Shown: positions 13,036 to 25,394 of the stretch, one piece after another
Layout: every line of letters begins with the position of its first letter
Numbering within the stretch: the stretch's first letter is position 1
Assembly (NCBI RefSeq): GCF_001194135.2
Contig: NC_068997.1
Span: forward strand, 55,258,102 to 55,322,101
Origin: Octopus bimaculoides
Taxonomy: Eukaryota
Direction of reading: 5' to 3'
DNA: 64,000 bases
Notes under the pieces: generated by a model
The model's database searches: none
Seen by the model: only the letters and a program-made list of their open reading frames with translations
What the model was told of the DNA's origin: nothing
Position numbers and translations under genes: made by a program

Positions 13036-13193
13036 TACTATTTATCACACACACACACACACTCATGTATAAAATACCAAAGTCTTATGAGTTGATTTGA
13101 CAGACAAAAAGTAAATAAAACCTGTTGTATTTGTTTTATGTAGTGTGTGTGTGTATGTGTTTGGGTATAAACATTGTCTTGAGATTATGTGAT

Positions 13194-13390
13194 GATTGTA
13201 AGAATGTATCAGCATCATTCGAGTGATAATGTTCATTTCCTATCTTCCATGATTAAATATTTCCTAAGTTGGAAACAGGTGAAGTTTGGTGACAGGAAGG
13301 GTATCCAGCCATAGAAAATCTACTTCAACAAACTCGGTCCAACCCATGCAAGCATGGAAAAGTGGAAATTAAAAAATTATGAAGATGATC
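13194..13390 (+). mobile_element. RTE-like LINE/SINE 3' tail fragment
   Basis: gttggaaacagg...gacaggaagggtatccagccatagaaaat...aacccatgcaagcatggaaaagtgga followed by a gatgat tail. Confidence 0.75.
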
Positions 13391-14395
13391 GTGATTACAT
13401 ATATTATGTGTGTGTGAGTGTGTGTGCGCGCATGTGCGGGTGTATGTATATATGTGTGTGTATTTGTGTATATGTGCGTGTGTTGTGTAGGAACACATAA
13501 ATATGCACACACATGTATATATAGATATATATATACTCTATATGTATTATAGAAATTGCATAACTAAATACGTACTAAAATTTTACAGTAAGTTGGCTAT
13601 GAAGTGTATTTCATTAAATTAATCATAAAAAATACATCAGTCAAGAGAAAAACCATGAATAAAATCATTTGAAATTTATTGATACCTAATGTTATTTTCC
13701 TGTTGCAGCAATTGAAAAGGTAGTCATTTAGTTATAAATAAATAAATTCATATGAATTAAATGGTTTAAGACATAATTTTAATGAGAGACACTCTTTGAT
13801 TCCTAAGTACTACCACTTTTGATTTTCTTTAAAACAAACCGAACCAATTTCCAGTTACTGTCATTATTAATTCCCCAGAATTTATTGTGAAGCTCGTTAA
13901 TGACGTAATGCTGGTTTCCTATTTAGTCACAAGGCCAGCAGTTTCCGGGTGTGGGAGTTAGTTGCTGCCATCAACTTCTGCTTTTTGACTGGTGCTTTAT
14001 TTATTCATATCAGCCTCAAGGGATAAACAGTAAAGGGGACATCCACAGAGCATGAAATCAGAATGTAAAGAACACCTGCAAAGTATTTTTTCTGATTCTG
14101 TGATGCTTGTATCAGCTTGCTGCCCTCACTGATGTCATTCTGTAAACTAAGAAAACACAAGGAAAAGGGCAATCCTGTTTGTGACCCTTCAAAGAAATAA
14201 TTGAGTTTCAAGAAGTAGGAATGAGAAAATATGTAAATTTCAAAAACCGTAGGGATGTTTTGATGATAATAAGGAACCATGCTGTTTCCTGAAAGTCAAT
14301 ACAACATTTGCAGAATATAGGGAGTCATAATTACTTTTTCATTATAGATTTCTTTGATGTTTCTAGCCCCATCTTCTTTTCTACACAATGACATT

Positions 14396-14566
14396 GTTAG
14401 TATGGCAGACAAAATGCTTAGCAGAATTTCTTCTGGCGTTATGTTCTGCGTTCAAATTCCACTGAGGTCAACTTTGCATTTCATCCTTTCAGGGTCAATA
14501 AATTAAGTCCCAGTAATCAACTTAATCTCTCCCTAAAAATTTCAGGCCTTCTGTTTATAGAAAGGA
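14396..14566 (+). mobile_element. SINE family A, copy 1 of a tandem trio
   Basis: gacaaaatgcttagc...gttcaaattccactgaggtcaactttgc, followed by an (ATT)n tail. Confidence 0.85.
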
Positions 14567-14576
14567 CTACTACTAC

Positions 14577-14618
<42 letters not shown>

Positions 14619-14630
14619 GATAGATGATGA

Positions 14631-14846
14631 GGTGGAGAGCTGACAGAATTGTTAGTACAATGGGAAAAATACTTAGCTGTGTTTCAGCTGTCTTTAAATT
14701 GTGAGTTCAAATTCTGCCAAGGTCAGTTTTATTTTCCATTCTTTCTGAGTCAATAAAACAAAGTACCAGTTGGGTACTGGAGTTGATGTAATTGATTTTC
14801 CCCCTTCCCATGAAATTAGTAGTCTTGTGTCAAACTATAAAGCCAT
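14631..14846 (+). mobile_element. SINE family A, copy 2 of a tandem trio
   Basis: ggtggagagctgacagaattgttag...gagttcaaattctgccaaggtc...aagtaccagtt, followed by an (ATT)n tail. Confidence 0.85.
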
Positions 14847-14849
14847 TGT

Positions 14850-14882
<33 letters not shown>

Positions 14883-14883
14883 T

Positions 14884-15072
14884 AAGGTAGCAAGCTGGCA
14901 GAATCATTAGCATGCTGGACAAAATGCTTTACTGTATCAAAAGCCACTGAGGTCGACTTTGTTTTTCATTTTCACAGAGCTGCTAAAATAATACCAGTCA
15001 TGTACTGAGGTGTATGATTTCAATGTAACCCTTCCCTTAAAATTGGAGACTTTGTGCCAAAATTTTAAACCA
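14884..15072 (+). mobile_element. SINE family A, copy 3 of a tandem trio
   Basis: aaggtagcaagctggcagaatcattagcatgctggacaaaatgc...gaggtcgactttg, followed by an (ATT)n tail. Confidence 0.85.
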
Positions 15073-16743
15073 TCATTATTATTATTATCATTATTATTAT
15101 TATTATTATTATTGTTATTATGTCAAAGCTTCCTTGCAACCACAGCCCCACTGCAAACATATATGTTTTTGCTTCATTTTAATATTCTCATCTAGGCAAG
15201 CTTTGATATTCAGTCTTGCAGGCACGTTTATAATCAATGTGAACTCATCTCTACCTTTACATTTCTGCTCATAACCAAAACAGGCAATAGCAATTTTAAT
15301 CCTTTTTTTTTAACCTTCTGATAATCTTCTACTCTTAGTTGTGTCATGTACCATTACATTTCATACAATACATCAGACAAGGAGGTTTTTGCACACAAAA
15401 ATGGCTTCAGCACCAACAAGTGTAGAAATATATTGGAAATAAACCAGCCATTAGGATCTTGAGGAATTAGAATGGAAGTTGAATATGTACTAATTAGATT
15501 GCCACGATAGTTGATTGTGTGTTTTAAGAGAAAATAAATAGGATTTAGGGGAACCAGCTGCTGTGTATGAGGGAAATGGCTGCATTGTGGTTGTCATAGA
15601 AGGAGAATAAATTATGTAAGCAAGGAAAGCTACAGTATTTGTTGGTTAATGTTTGGTGACACAAAACTGAATGAACGAAGGCAAAATAGTGCAGATGTTC
15701 TTTCAGAATAGTTTAAACTTAGTATAAAGAATTGTGAAGTAAAAATATATTGGTTTGAAAGATTACATGAAATATATTGTTATGAGAGAAATTACTAAAT
15801 ATTATTATCAGAAGTTAACTCTGTATTGAAAAGAAGTTATGAAACAAATAATTACTGCAATGAAACAGAGTAAGAAATAGACGTCAGTAAAAATAGTAAC
15901 AATACAGTTAAATACAGTTCTGTGTAGCATTCCAGAAAGTTGAACTTTATAGAAAATATCTATAAATTAAACTGTGCTTGTTTGGACAAAAGAAACCTAT
16001 CTCTTAATAATAGTAACCGCTCCTTGTTGTAATTTCACAACAATTGAATAAATTACAAACATTGAAATGTGCTCCTGATAATGGTCTACACTGCAAGAAA
16101 CATCCTACAGATAAGAATGGCTAATATTAAGTTACATAACAATTTTACCAAACAGTTACATATGCAGAAAAATATTAATGTTTGAAGTATTTTTATATAA
16201 TTCCAAGATATTTTGTTCAAATTAGCAGAGAGAACCGGCAGTAGAATAGAATTTTCAGGAAGACATTTTTTTAAGAAATTGATTTTTGGTTTGATTTCTG
16301 AAGCATAAATATAACTGTGAACTTTGCAATGATAAAGAGAAAGAAAACTGAAAAAAATGTGTATATTTGCTATAAACAGTAAAGAGTGGCAGGCTTTAAG
16401 CTCTTAACACCAATAAAACTATTTTCTGTTGAATATTTTGTATTAGGTTCCTTGAAAAGTTACGTTTGTGTGAAAGAAAAGTAAATTTACTGGGTGTTGT
16501 TGTAGTTAGATGAAGGATGTAGTGAAAGAAATCTATATAATTCCATTTCAGATATTTAAGAAGGAAACAGAAAGTAAACTGTTTTTGATTGCTTAGCAAG
16601 ACTTCTATTTTCACTAAACAGGTCAAAGTTAAGTATTGCTTAAAGTCTTTCTATCCTTAGATCTATAATTCAAACATTTTGTTGTTAAATAAATCCAAAT
16701 TAAAATCTGTTATCCAAATTTCATTTAAGTTTATGTTTTAATC

Positions 16744-16945
16744 AAAGTGGCAAGTTGGCAGAATCATGAGCATACCAGACAAAATGCTTTCCAGTATTTA
16801 TTCCAGCTTGATATTCTGAGTTCAAATTCTGCTGAGGTCAACTTTGCTTTTCATTCTCTCAAGGTTCAGAAAATAAGTACGAGTTGAATGCTGGGGTTGA
16901 TTTGGTTGACAAGGTTTCAGAATTTGTGCCTATAGTTGAAACAGA
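16744..16945 (+). mobile_element. SINE family A
   Basis: Full head gtggcaagttggcagaatcatgagc...ctgagttcaaattctgctgaggtcaactttgc. Confidence 0.85.
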
Positions 16946-16965
16946 TTTGTTCCAGAAACTGAATA

Positions 16966-17183
16966 AATAATCATTTCTACTATAGGTACAAGGCCTGAAG
17001 TTTGTGTGGAGGGACTGAGTCACTTGTATTAACCCTAGTACTCAACCGGTACTTAATTTATCAACCCTGAAAGGATAAAAGGCAAAGTCGGCCTCAGCTG
17101 AATTTGAACTCAACATAGTGATGGGCAAAACACCACTAAGCATGTTGTCCAGCGTGCTAATGATTCTGCCAGCTCGCTGCCTT
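16966..17183 (-). mobile_element. SINE family A (inverted, tail-to-tail with the preceding copy)
   Basis: The reverse complement reads aaggcagcgagctggcagaatcattagcacgctggacaacatgcttag...gagttcaaattcagctgaggccgactttgcc. Confidence 0.88.
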
Positions 17184-17380
17184 CAGAAAAATGAATTAAT
17201 AATGACAAAGCTTTCTTTTTTAACAAAATTCTTCAGTGTTTTCAAAATTAATTGAAACAAAGACAGTGTATTTCAAAAGAAATGTGGTAAAAGAAGGGTT
17301 AAGCCAAGTTTTAACTGAGAAAGATGCCTGGATTTGGCTAATATTTTTGTTTCCCAACAATATCTGATTAATAAATATTG

Positions 17381-17466
17381 AAGCCTGGTGCAGTCTCCAA
17401 CCTGGTCAAACCGTCCAACCCATGCCAGCATGGAAAGCGGACGTTAAAAGATGATGTTGATGATGA
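17381..17466 (+). mobile_element. RTE-like 3' tail fragment
   Basis: gagcctggtgcag-like start followed by gtcaaaccgtccaacccatgccagcatggaaagcggacgttaaaagatgatg. Confidence 0.85.
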
Positions 17467-20124
17467 TTTAAATAAGTTCCAAGTGTATTAAAACAATGAA
17501 AATAATTGTTGTATTTTGGAGGCGTATTTTTCTTAGAACTTGGTATTCTAGATACTTCATGCAGCCAGGAAGATCAAAGAAAATGATATTTTTAAAGAGT
17601 TACTTGAAACATAAGTGTAGAATTTCCTGCTCTGCCTTTGAGTTGCTATGTTAGAACAGATGATACTCTTTGGAGACACCTTATCGAATTAATAAAATCT
17701 ATTTTAAAATTATGCTTATTTTATCTACACATTGAAAAGTCAGTCTAATAACTTTTATAATGATTTCAAAGACATTTTGAAAGAGATGCAGGTGTGTATG
17801 TGTGTGTGTTTGTGTGAAGATAATCGATTGAAATAACTGTAGAATAATTGAATTTAATTCACTTTGCTTTTTTATTCTTTCAAGTACAAAACATAACACT
17901 GATCCATGATCTAACGAAGCTCAAAGAAACAAACATGGGAAATCAACTTAAATAGACAGATAGATATAGGTGGATGGAGGGATAGATAAGTTAACTAGAT
18001 GGACAGATGGAAGACAGACAGTCAGGTAGGTTGACAGACAGACAGGTAGATAGGTAGACAGATATATTGCTGGATGTGCATGAGTACATTTCTTCATATT
18101 TACAGTTTTCTATGAATCGCTAACCTACAGGGTGGTCGCTAGAAATAGCAGAAAATTCACGAAATGCTAATTTATGTTTTCACAAGATCTATCTGAGGTA
18201 AACAATAAGCCTGATAGCTGTTTCTTCCTTCCACAGCTTTCTTTCATGATTTGGGAGTTCACTCAAAAGCAAATGTTATGATTACACACTCATTCGATAA
18301 AAGAAACAATGAATCAGAAACCACCTTTCACACCATTTATTGATGATCTAATTAATGCTTGTTAGTCTTGCCTTCAAATTGTCCCTGTACAAATGGTGAT
18401 GCTATTGCCATTTCCCTTGTCAACAAATCCTCTGCTGGTTTTGTGCCTTTGAAGACATGTGGAATAAAACAAAGTCTGCTTAAAAGAAAATGAAAAAAAA
18501 AAAAAACAGGCAAGTGTTCAGGACAGGAAAGGCATCTGGCTGCAAAACAAATTAATTCTTTAATAATGTATTCATCTAACCCACACCAGCAAAGAAAACA
18601 GTCATGAAAGCAAAAGTTCACACACACTCTCAATTTATTTTATATAATATTATATATCTATATCTATACAGTCACACACACACACAACACATACAAACAT
18701 ATCATTAACCGTCTCCATTAGTAGTACTGTAATATTTGCACTAATTCCCTCACTGTGATTCCAATCGTTATGTTGGCGATTAAAAACAATTAGAAATGAA
18801 AAGAATATCTCATGATAATGTATCTTATTTATCACATTAATTTCAATTGTAATAATTTTACCAGACTGGCCAGCTGTCAAAGTTAATTGCCAATCAAGAT
18901 ATTTCAAACAATGATACAAGTCTGCTATTTGAGTGTTATAGTTTCACTGTAAGCAAGAAACAACCGCACTCTGTTATTCTCTTGGTCTGTTGAAAGATGT
19001 TGCAGTGAAGAGAGATGTTCCAGTACTATGAAACTTTCATAGTATTTTAACTCCAGTTCCTGTAATGCATAGCCAGGGTGTTGACAATAGAGAACAGCTG
19101 TGAAAACAGCAGAAACAGACGTGGTGGTGGTGGTGGTGGTGGAAGGAGGAAGAGGAGGAGAAGAAGAAGAAAAAGAGGAAGAAGAAGAAGAGCTTTCCAC
19201 CTTGTGTTTAGATGATTCTAACTTAAGATTTTGGAACTCTTATAAGAAAGTCACTGGGAAGAGATAAAAAAAAAAGAAAAAAAATCACATGGTTACAAAA
19301 ATAAAACACAAAAATATGTTCCTTCTTGTGATTAAAAAAAAGTAGAAGGTGAGATGGATTTCATATGAATAATCTGTTCACTTTGCTTAATGGACCAGAA
19401 AGTAGTACAAACCATAAACAGCTGTTTTATATATATACATATGCATGCATACACATACACACGTATATATGTACACAGACACACACACACACACACACAC
19501 ACATGTATATATTTCACAATATTTTTCTCCTCTAAAAGCCACAGGGCTTGGAGTCATAGAGAAACATACTGACTCTTCATTCAGAAATTCATCTTAAAAG
19601 TCTTTTTCAAAAACTGTAAGCCTAAGATAAAATAAAACAAAATGTAACACTAACAGTGCAAGAAAAACAAACAAAAATAATGTGAAAATGTTGAAGGAGA
19701 TTTACAAGCTGGCACTCTGAGAACATTTCTATATTTCCAATATGCCATATATGAAATGTTTATACATGTAAAAATTTACATCAATTTATAATCATGTCAG
19801 TTAAGGAATAGAGTTACAGCCAGACTACAATAAACATAGCCATATTAAAAAAAATATATGCTCGTATAAACATTATGAGTTACAACCTACACGTACACAT
19901 ATACATACATTTGTAAATGTATCAACAGAAGCTTGACTACAAATATACATATATATATGTATTTACATATAAACACACACTCATATATATACACAGATAC
20001 AAACATGTACATATTTACATATATAATTTTTTATATATGCACACACATACTCATACATATATATGTATATATATATTTTGTTATATATTTACATATTCAA
20101 TTTTTTATATATAACACACACACA

Positions 20125-20158
<34 letters not shown>

Positions 20159-20576
20159 CATATTTATTTATATAAATTTACATATAAACACACACACATA
20201 CATACAGGCACACACATACATACATCAAGGTGTCTAAATTAAGACATCTCTACAAACTTTAGTAAACAAACATGTGTGCTGCAACTAAGCAAACATCCCT
20301 CTATAAAAACAAATTTCTTTGTAATGTGTTAGTCTTGATAAATTTGCATTGAAACTTACATGGATACATAAGCTGGTGCTCAGCAGATCAAAGTGAATAA
20401 TTATGCAAATATTAAACAGATACATTTTAACGAGGTGTCACTTATTTTCTCTTTGCTGAACAGGGATTTTGTGGCAGGAGAGACAGGGTTTAACAAATAT
20501 TTTAGAGTTGAAATAATGAAAAGAATTTGAGAATTTAGGTTTCAATTAAAAAACCGTTTAAGTGTTAGAATCTCTT

Positions 20577-20890
20577 TCTCTATCAGTCAGTCTATCTATC
20601 TATCTATCTATCTATCTGTCTGTCTGTTTGTCTGCCAATCTATTTGTTTATCTACCTGTTTATTTTTTTATCTACCTAGTTACCAGCCTGTCTGCTTATC
20701 TATCTATCTATCTATCTATCTATCTCTGTTGCTATCTATGTACCTATCTACCTCCCTCTCTCTCACTTTCTTCCCCCTTTCTCTCTATCTCTCTCATTTT
20801 CTCCCCCTCTATCTATCTATCTATCTATCTATATATCTATCTATCCATCCCCCTATCTATCCATCTATTGTCTTTCTATCTATCTTTCTA
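20577..20890. repeat. (TATC)n/(TC)n compound tetranucleotide microsatellite region
   Basis: Direct reading. Confidence 0.9.
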
Positions 20891-23417
20891 TCAACGATAA
20901 ATTCAATTCTAAAATGATCAAGACTGTTAGATATTTGAAGATGATGTGATTGAGCAAATAAAATCTACTTTTAAATACATCTACATTACAAAACTGCATT
21001 TATGATTAAAAAAAATAAAATATTGTGAAACGTTCTCCATATTTATTTCTTAAATCTTTTCTGATAACAGGAAATAGCAAACTCACAAAAAGAGAAGAAA
21101 AAAAAAAAAAAGCTCAACAAACTTTTCAGTCTTTCATATTTAGCAGAACACATGAAAACACACATACATGTATATGTGGGCATATGTACACATGTAAATA
21201 CATGGGGGTGTTATGCATACATGTGAATGTATGAACATATGTAATTGTATATGCGTGGTGTGGATGTATCGGTACATGGAAATACATATAAACTGCATAA
21301 ACAGATGTATGTTTGGCTTGGCTGTATGAATGTGTGTAAATACATGCATATACACAAGCATATACACAAGCATATACACAAGCACATATGAGTGGCTGCA
21401 TGATTCTTACAATAGGGATTCATCAGACATAAAATGGTGCTGGAAATTGGTTTAAAAAGGTAAGATTTAACTCTTGGAATTATGAAGCTGAAGTAGAACA
21501 TAACCACAAGACCACTGCTTCCCTTCTCTAGGTATGTATATATATGCATGTATGTATATATATGCATGTATGCATGTTTGTATGTATGTTTTTGTGTGTG
21601 CATGTTGGTTTTTGTATGTGTTTGTGTGATTCCATTTGACTATCAGCATGCCCGTAAGTGTGATAAATGTATTTTGGTAATTCCTGAAGGGCTTGCTTTA
21701 TGATATATACATATGTGTGTGTGTACCTAAGTATATATACATGTGGATATATTATGTGATGTGTACGTATAATTGGATATATAATGTAGCATACATTTGC
21801 ATGTGCTGATGTGTTATATTATGTCTTTGTGTATGTGTTTATGTTAAGTAACATTCATGTGTGAAATTAATTATATTAAGTTACATTTAATTCTATGTGT
21901 GGTAACATTATGAAAAATATGTGCTTTTGTGTAAGTATATTATATGACGTGTGTGTGTGTGTAGCACGGTGCATATTTTGTCATTCGTTAGTCGGCAAAG
22001 AGTTTATGTATATACAAAGGCTTGCTTATTGCATAGCTTATATCATGATACACCTAAATGGAAATGCATTTTAATGTCACTTCATAATCTAGCTGTAAGT
22101 TTAGCTTGATTGCATTTGGTAAATTTCTAATAGAAAAAGTCTATTAGCATGGTTTTGTTTTCTTCTTTTTCTTTATAATTCCCTTATCTAAAATATGATT
22201 TTGAGAATATGTAATATTTATCATATTTTTTTAAAGAAAATATCAAATTTTACATAAATAATTAATTATCAGAAAATACTTTCAGAAGCTTAATTTTAAT
22301 GCACGAAAAATAGTTTTGAAGTTTATACACAAAAGTAATATATCAGGTAATTTAAAATAGGCCTAAAATAAAGCTTCTATGTGAATAAGTAACTCGCTAG
22401 AAACAGCTGCCAAATCTGTTATAAATCATACTCACTGTCATGAAATTAGGAAAGACACACAAGATGGCACAGTCTTAGATACACTATAACTGTATATGAG
22501 AAAGGAGAGTCATGAATGGATTGTATGTTAGGATATGTCTCTTTACTTCAGAGCAAGCTGACTAGAAGAACAACAAGAACAGTATACTTCATGAAGAAAA
22601 GAGTTGAAACGTTTTTGGATGAATTACTATAATAAAAAATGAAATATAGCTCAGCCATTCACTGGTGTGACACTGTCCAATAAAGTAGGAAAACTATGAT
22701 GTTGTGCAACAATGATCTTAAATGAGCTCTCCGAAATATCTATTTGTCCCTTGACAAGATACAACAGACCATCCCTACAAAAGCACCATAAAAAGAATTC
22801 ATATGAATTGAACATAAAACTGTCCATAAGGTTGATTATGAACAATGGAATTAGGCTTGCAACCAAGCCACTGGCACTAGAGTACATACAAAAGAAATAA
22901 CATCGAGTGTTTTTATTAGCAAGTCTCAAGTAGCCATAACTCATTACAAACAATGCTATTTGGAAACTACTGTCTTTTTGATAAGCCAGAGAAGCTCACA
23001 ATAAAGCTAAGCTTTATCTAGGTGCTTAAAAAATAGACTAGTGGTTAAGGTGCTTTGTATATTCATATCTTTTATACACATGTACAATTAATGATGTATG
23101 CGATATTATTGGCATGCCATGCATGTTCATACATCTATAAACACACTCTTTCTCCCTCTGTCTGTTTGCATCTCTCCATCACTCGGACTCTATTTCAAGT
23201 AATCCTTGATTTATTGCTACTAAAATCATATTGTTAACTCCATCAGAAGAACTGGTAAAAATATAAATATGCAAAACCAGTGACAGCAACACATAGTGAT
23301 AGGAAAAGTCTTAGTTTATGACAGTACCTGCTGACAACTATTATCTCCTTTTCCACTTGGTTTGTTATGAAACATCACTGAAGCTAAAGAAGCAGGATTA
23401 TCAAAAACCCATTTGCA

Positions 23418-23468
<51 letters not shown>

Positions 23469-23511
23469 GTCAGTAAATAGTGGGGTTGTGTTAACCGCAC
23501 GTGGAGAAATA

Positions 23512-24118
23512 ATAGGAAAATGAAAAATAATAATAAGGCAGAATGCTAAACTGGAAACATATTTTAATAAAGATTTCTCTAACCGACTTTCATTGCGAAG
23601 CAAATTTTCAAGAACAGGGAGAATGAAAATGTTTTTTACAAAGAAGTACAAAATGAAGGAAATAATATATAAAAAAAATAATATATAAAAAAAAAATATA
23701 CCAATACATTATATTGTCTTTGAGCTTCTGAAGTTCAATGGTAATCCATGTATATAATGGTTGGAAAAATAAGGATGCATGAGAATTGAGAGTTGTGTTA
23801 GGTTTTAAAAAAGGGTTAAAAGTTTGTGTTAAGCAGGAAGTGTGGTGTCAAAAAAGGAAGTGTGTGTAAGGGGAGACAAATGTTTTTAGTTGGAGTTATG
23901 AACTCTTTTTTCAACAGGAAGTTTATGTCTGTTCATAACTCCAACTAAAAACATTGTTTTTTTATATATTATTTTCTTAATTTTGTACTTCTTTGTAAAA
24001 AAACATTTTCATTCTCCCTCTTCTTGAAAATTTGCTATTCAATAAAAGCCGGTTAGAAATCTTTATTAAAATATGTTTCCAGTTTAGCATTCTGCCTTAT
24101 TATTATTTTTCATTTTCC

Positions 24119-24121
<3 letters not shown>
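23512..24121. mobile_element. Microsatellite-flanked element with ~165-bp inverted arms; probable Penelope-like retroelement remnant with a 5' inversion
   Basis: 23512-23677 is a close reverse-complement match to 23957-24121. (TA)n tracts lie on both sides (23419-23460 and 24125-24168). Each arm has a hammerhead-like layout followed by a palindromic ccgg core and ctttattaaa. The inverted repeat is directly seen; the Penelope assignment is inference. Confidence 0.6.
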
Positions 24122-24172
<51 letters not shown>

Positions 24173-24829
24173 ACATATGTGTGTGTGCATGTGAGTGTGT
24201 AATGGTTCTTTGTTAATGGATGTAAAATTAAGCAGACATCTTTCAAAGTAGTACTCAATACATGAGACATAAAGCATATGTAGATTTTTACATATTTATT
24301 TATATTTATCGCACTTGAACAATGCCTTTGGTTCATAGAGCTGTATACACCCACACACATGATTGATTATGGTTCTTAGCCAAAAAAACAAAACAAAACA
24401 AGGAACCCTCAACTATTGAAATATTGAGATATATTGAGGATATAGAATACAGATTAATAATGATCATATTACAATAGAGTGAAACAAGGTTCTGAATTTT
24501 GTGTGAGGTTAATCACCCTACACCCATCAGATGTGCACATTATGGATTTAATTTGAACATGACAAAAGAACTTCAATCCATCAAATGCACATATGATGAG
24601 TGTAGTGCTATCAACTTTGCACAAACCTTGGAGTCATGACACAAGATGTGGCAGTATGAAATTCATTAAATGGTCAATACGGTGTAATATGGTCAAATCA
24701 CCTGGCACAGCAATGCCATTTGCCGGTGCTAACAAAATATCATCAACCAATATTATCTGTGCTTTCCACCATTTGTCATCAGCATAAGTTTCCAGGACAT
24801 CCAGCACACATGAAGGTTATACAGATAAC

Positions 24830-24955
24830 ACATCCAATAGGAGTATAGGGTCAAAACGTAAAATACTTTCTCACTTTTGCGAGTGTCAAACTAATACACC
24901 TGTTTATTGTTTATACACCTGTGTTCGTCTTTTGTTTTTCTGTAAATTTCAACTA
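24830..24955 (+). mobile_element. Truncated copy of the element at 46922-47117 (Penelope-like terminal fragment)
   Basis: aaacgtaaaatactttctcactt...aaactaatacacctgtttattgtttatacacctgt...gtaaatttcaactata matches the reverse complement of 46922-47040. It ends in a (TA)n array. Confidence 0.7.
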
Positions 24956-25145
24956 TATATGTGTGTGTGTATATATATATATATCTATATATATATACAC
25001 ATATGCATATATATATATATACACATATGCATATATATATATACATACATATGCATATATATATATACATACATATGCATATATATATATATATATATAT
25101 ACACATATGCATATATATATATACATACATATGCATATATATATA

Positions 25146-25347
25146 NNNNNNNNNNNNNNNNNNNNNNNNNNNNNNNNNNNNNNNNNNNNNNNNNNNNNNN
25201 NNNNNNNNNNNNNNNNNNNNNNNNNNNNNNNNNNNNNNNNNNNNNNNNNNNNNNNNNNNNNNNNNNNNNNNNNNNNNNNNNNNNNNNNNNNNNNNNNNNN
25301 NNNNNNNNNNNNNNNNNNNNNNNNNNNNNNNNNNNNNNNNNNNNNNN
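25146..25347. other. Assembly gap (202 N) within a (TA)n/(atatatacacatatgc) array
   Basis: Direct reading. The other gaps are at 27357-27601, 28630-29243, 42878-43503 and 49577-49710, and each abuts a microsatellite on at least one side. Confidence 0.99.

Positions 25348-25394
<47 letters not shown>

Noticed and set aside
16744-16850. tRNA genes at gttcaaattc motifs (here and in other SINE heads)
   Set aside because: They have B-box-like motifs but no cloverleaf, and they continue into SINE body sequence.
21416-21459. 44-nt candidate exon GFIRHKMVLEIGLK with an AAG|gtaaga donor
   Set aside because: The acceptor is weak, it is embedded among microsatellites, and no homology was recognised. 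It cannot be told apart from a pseudo-exon.
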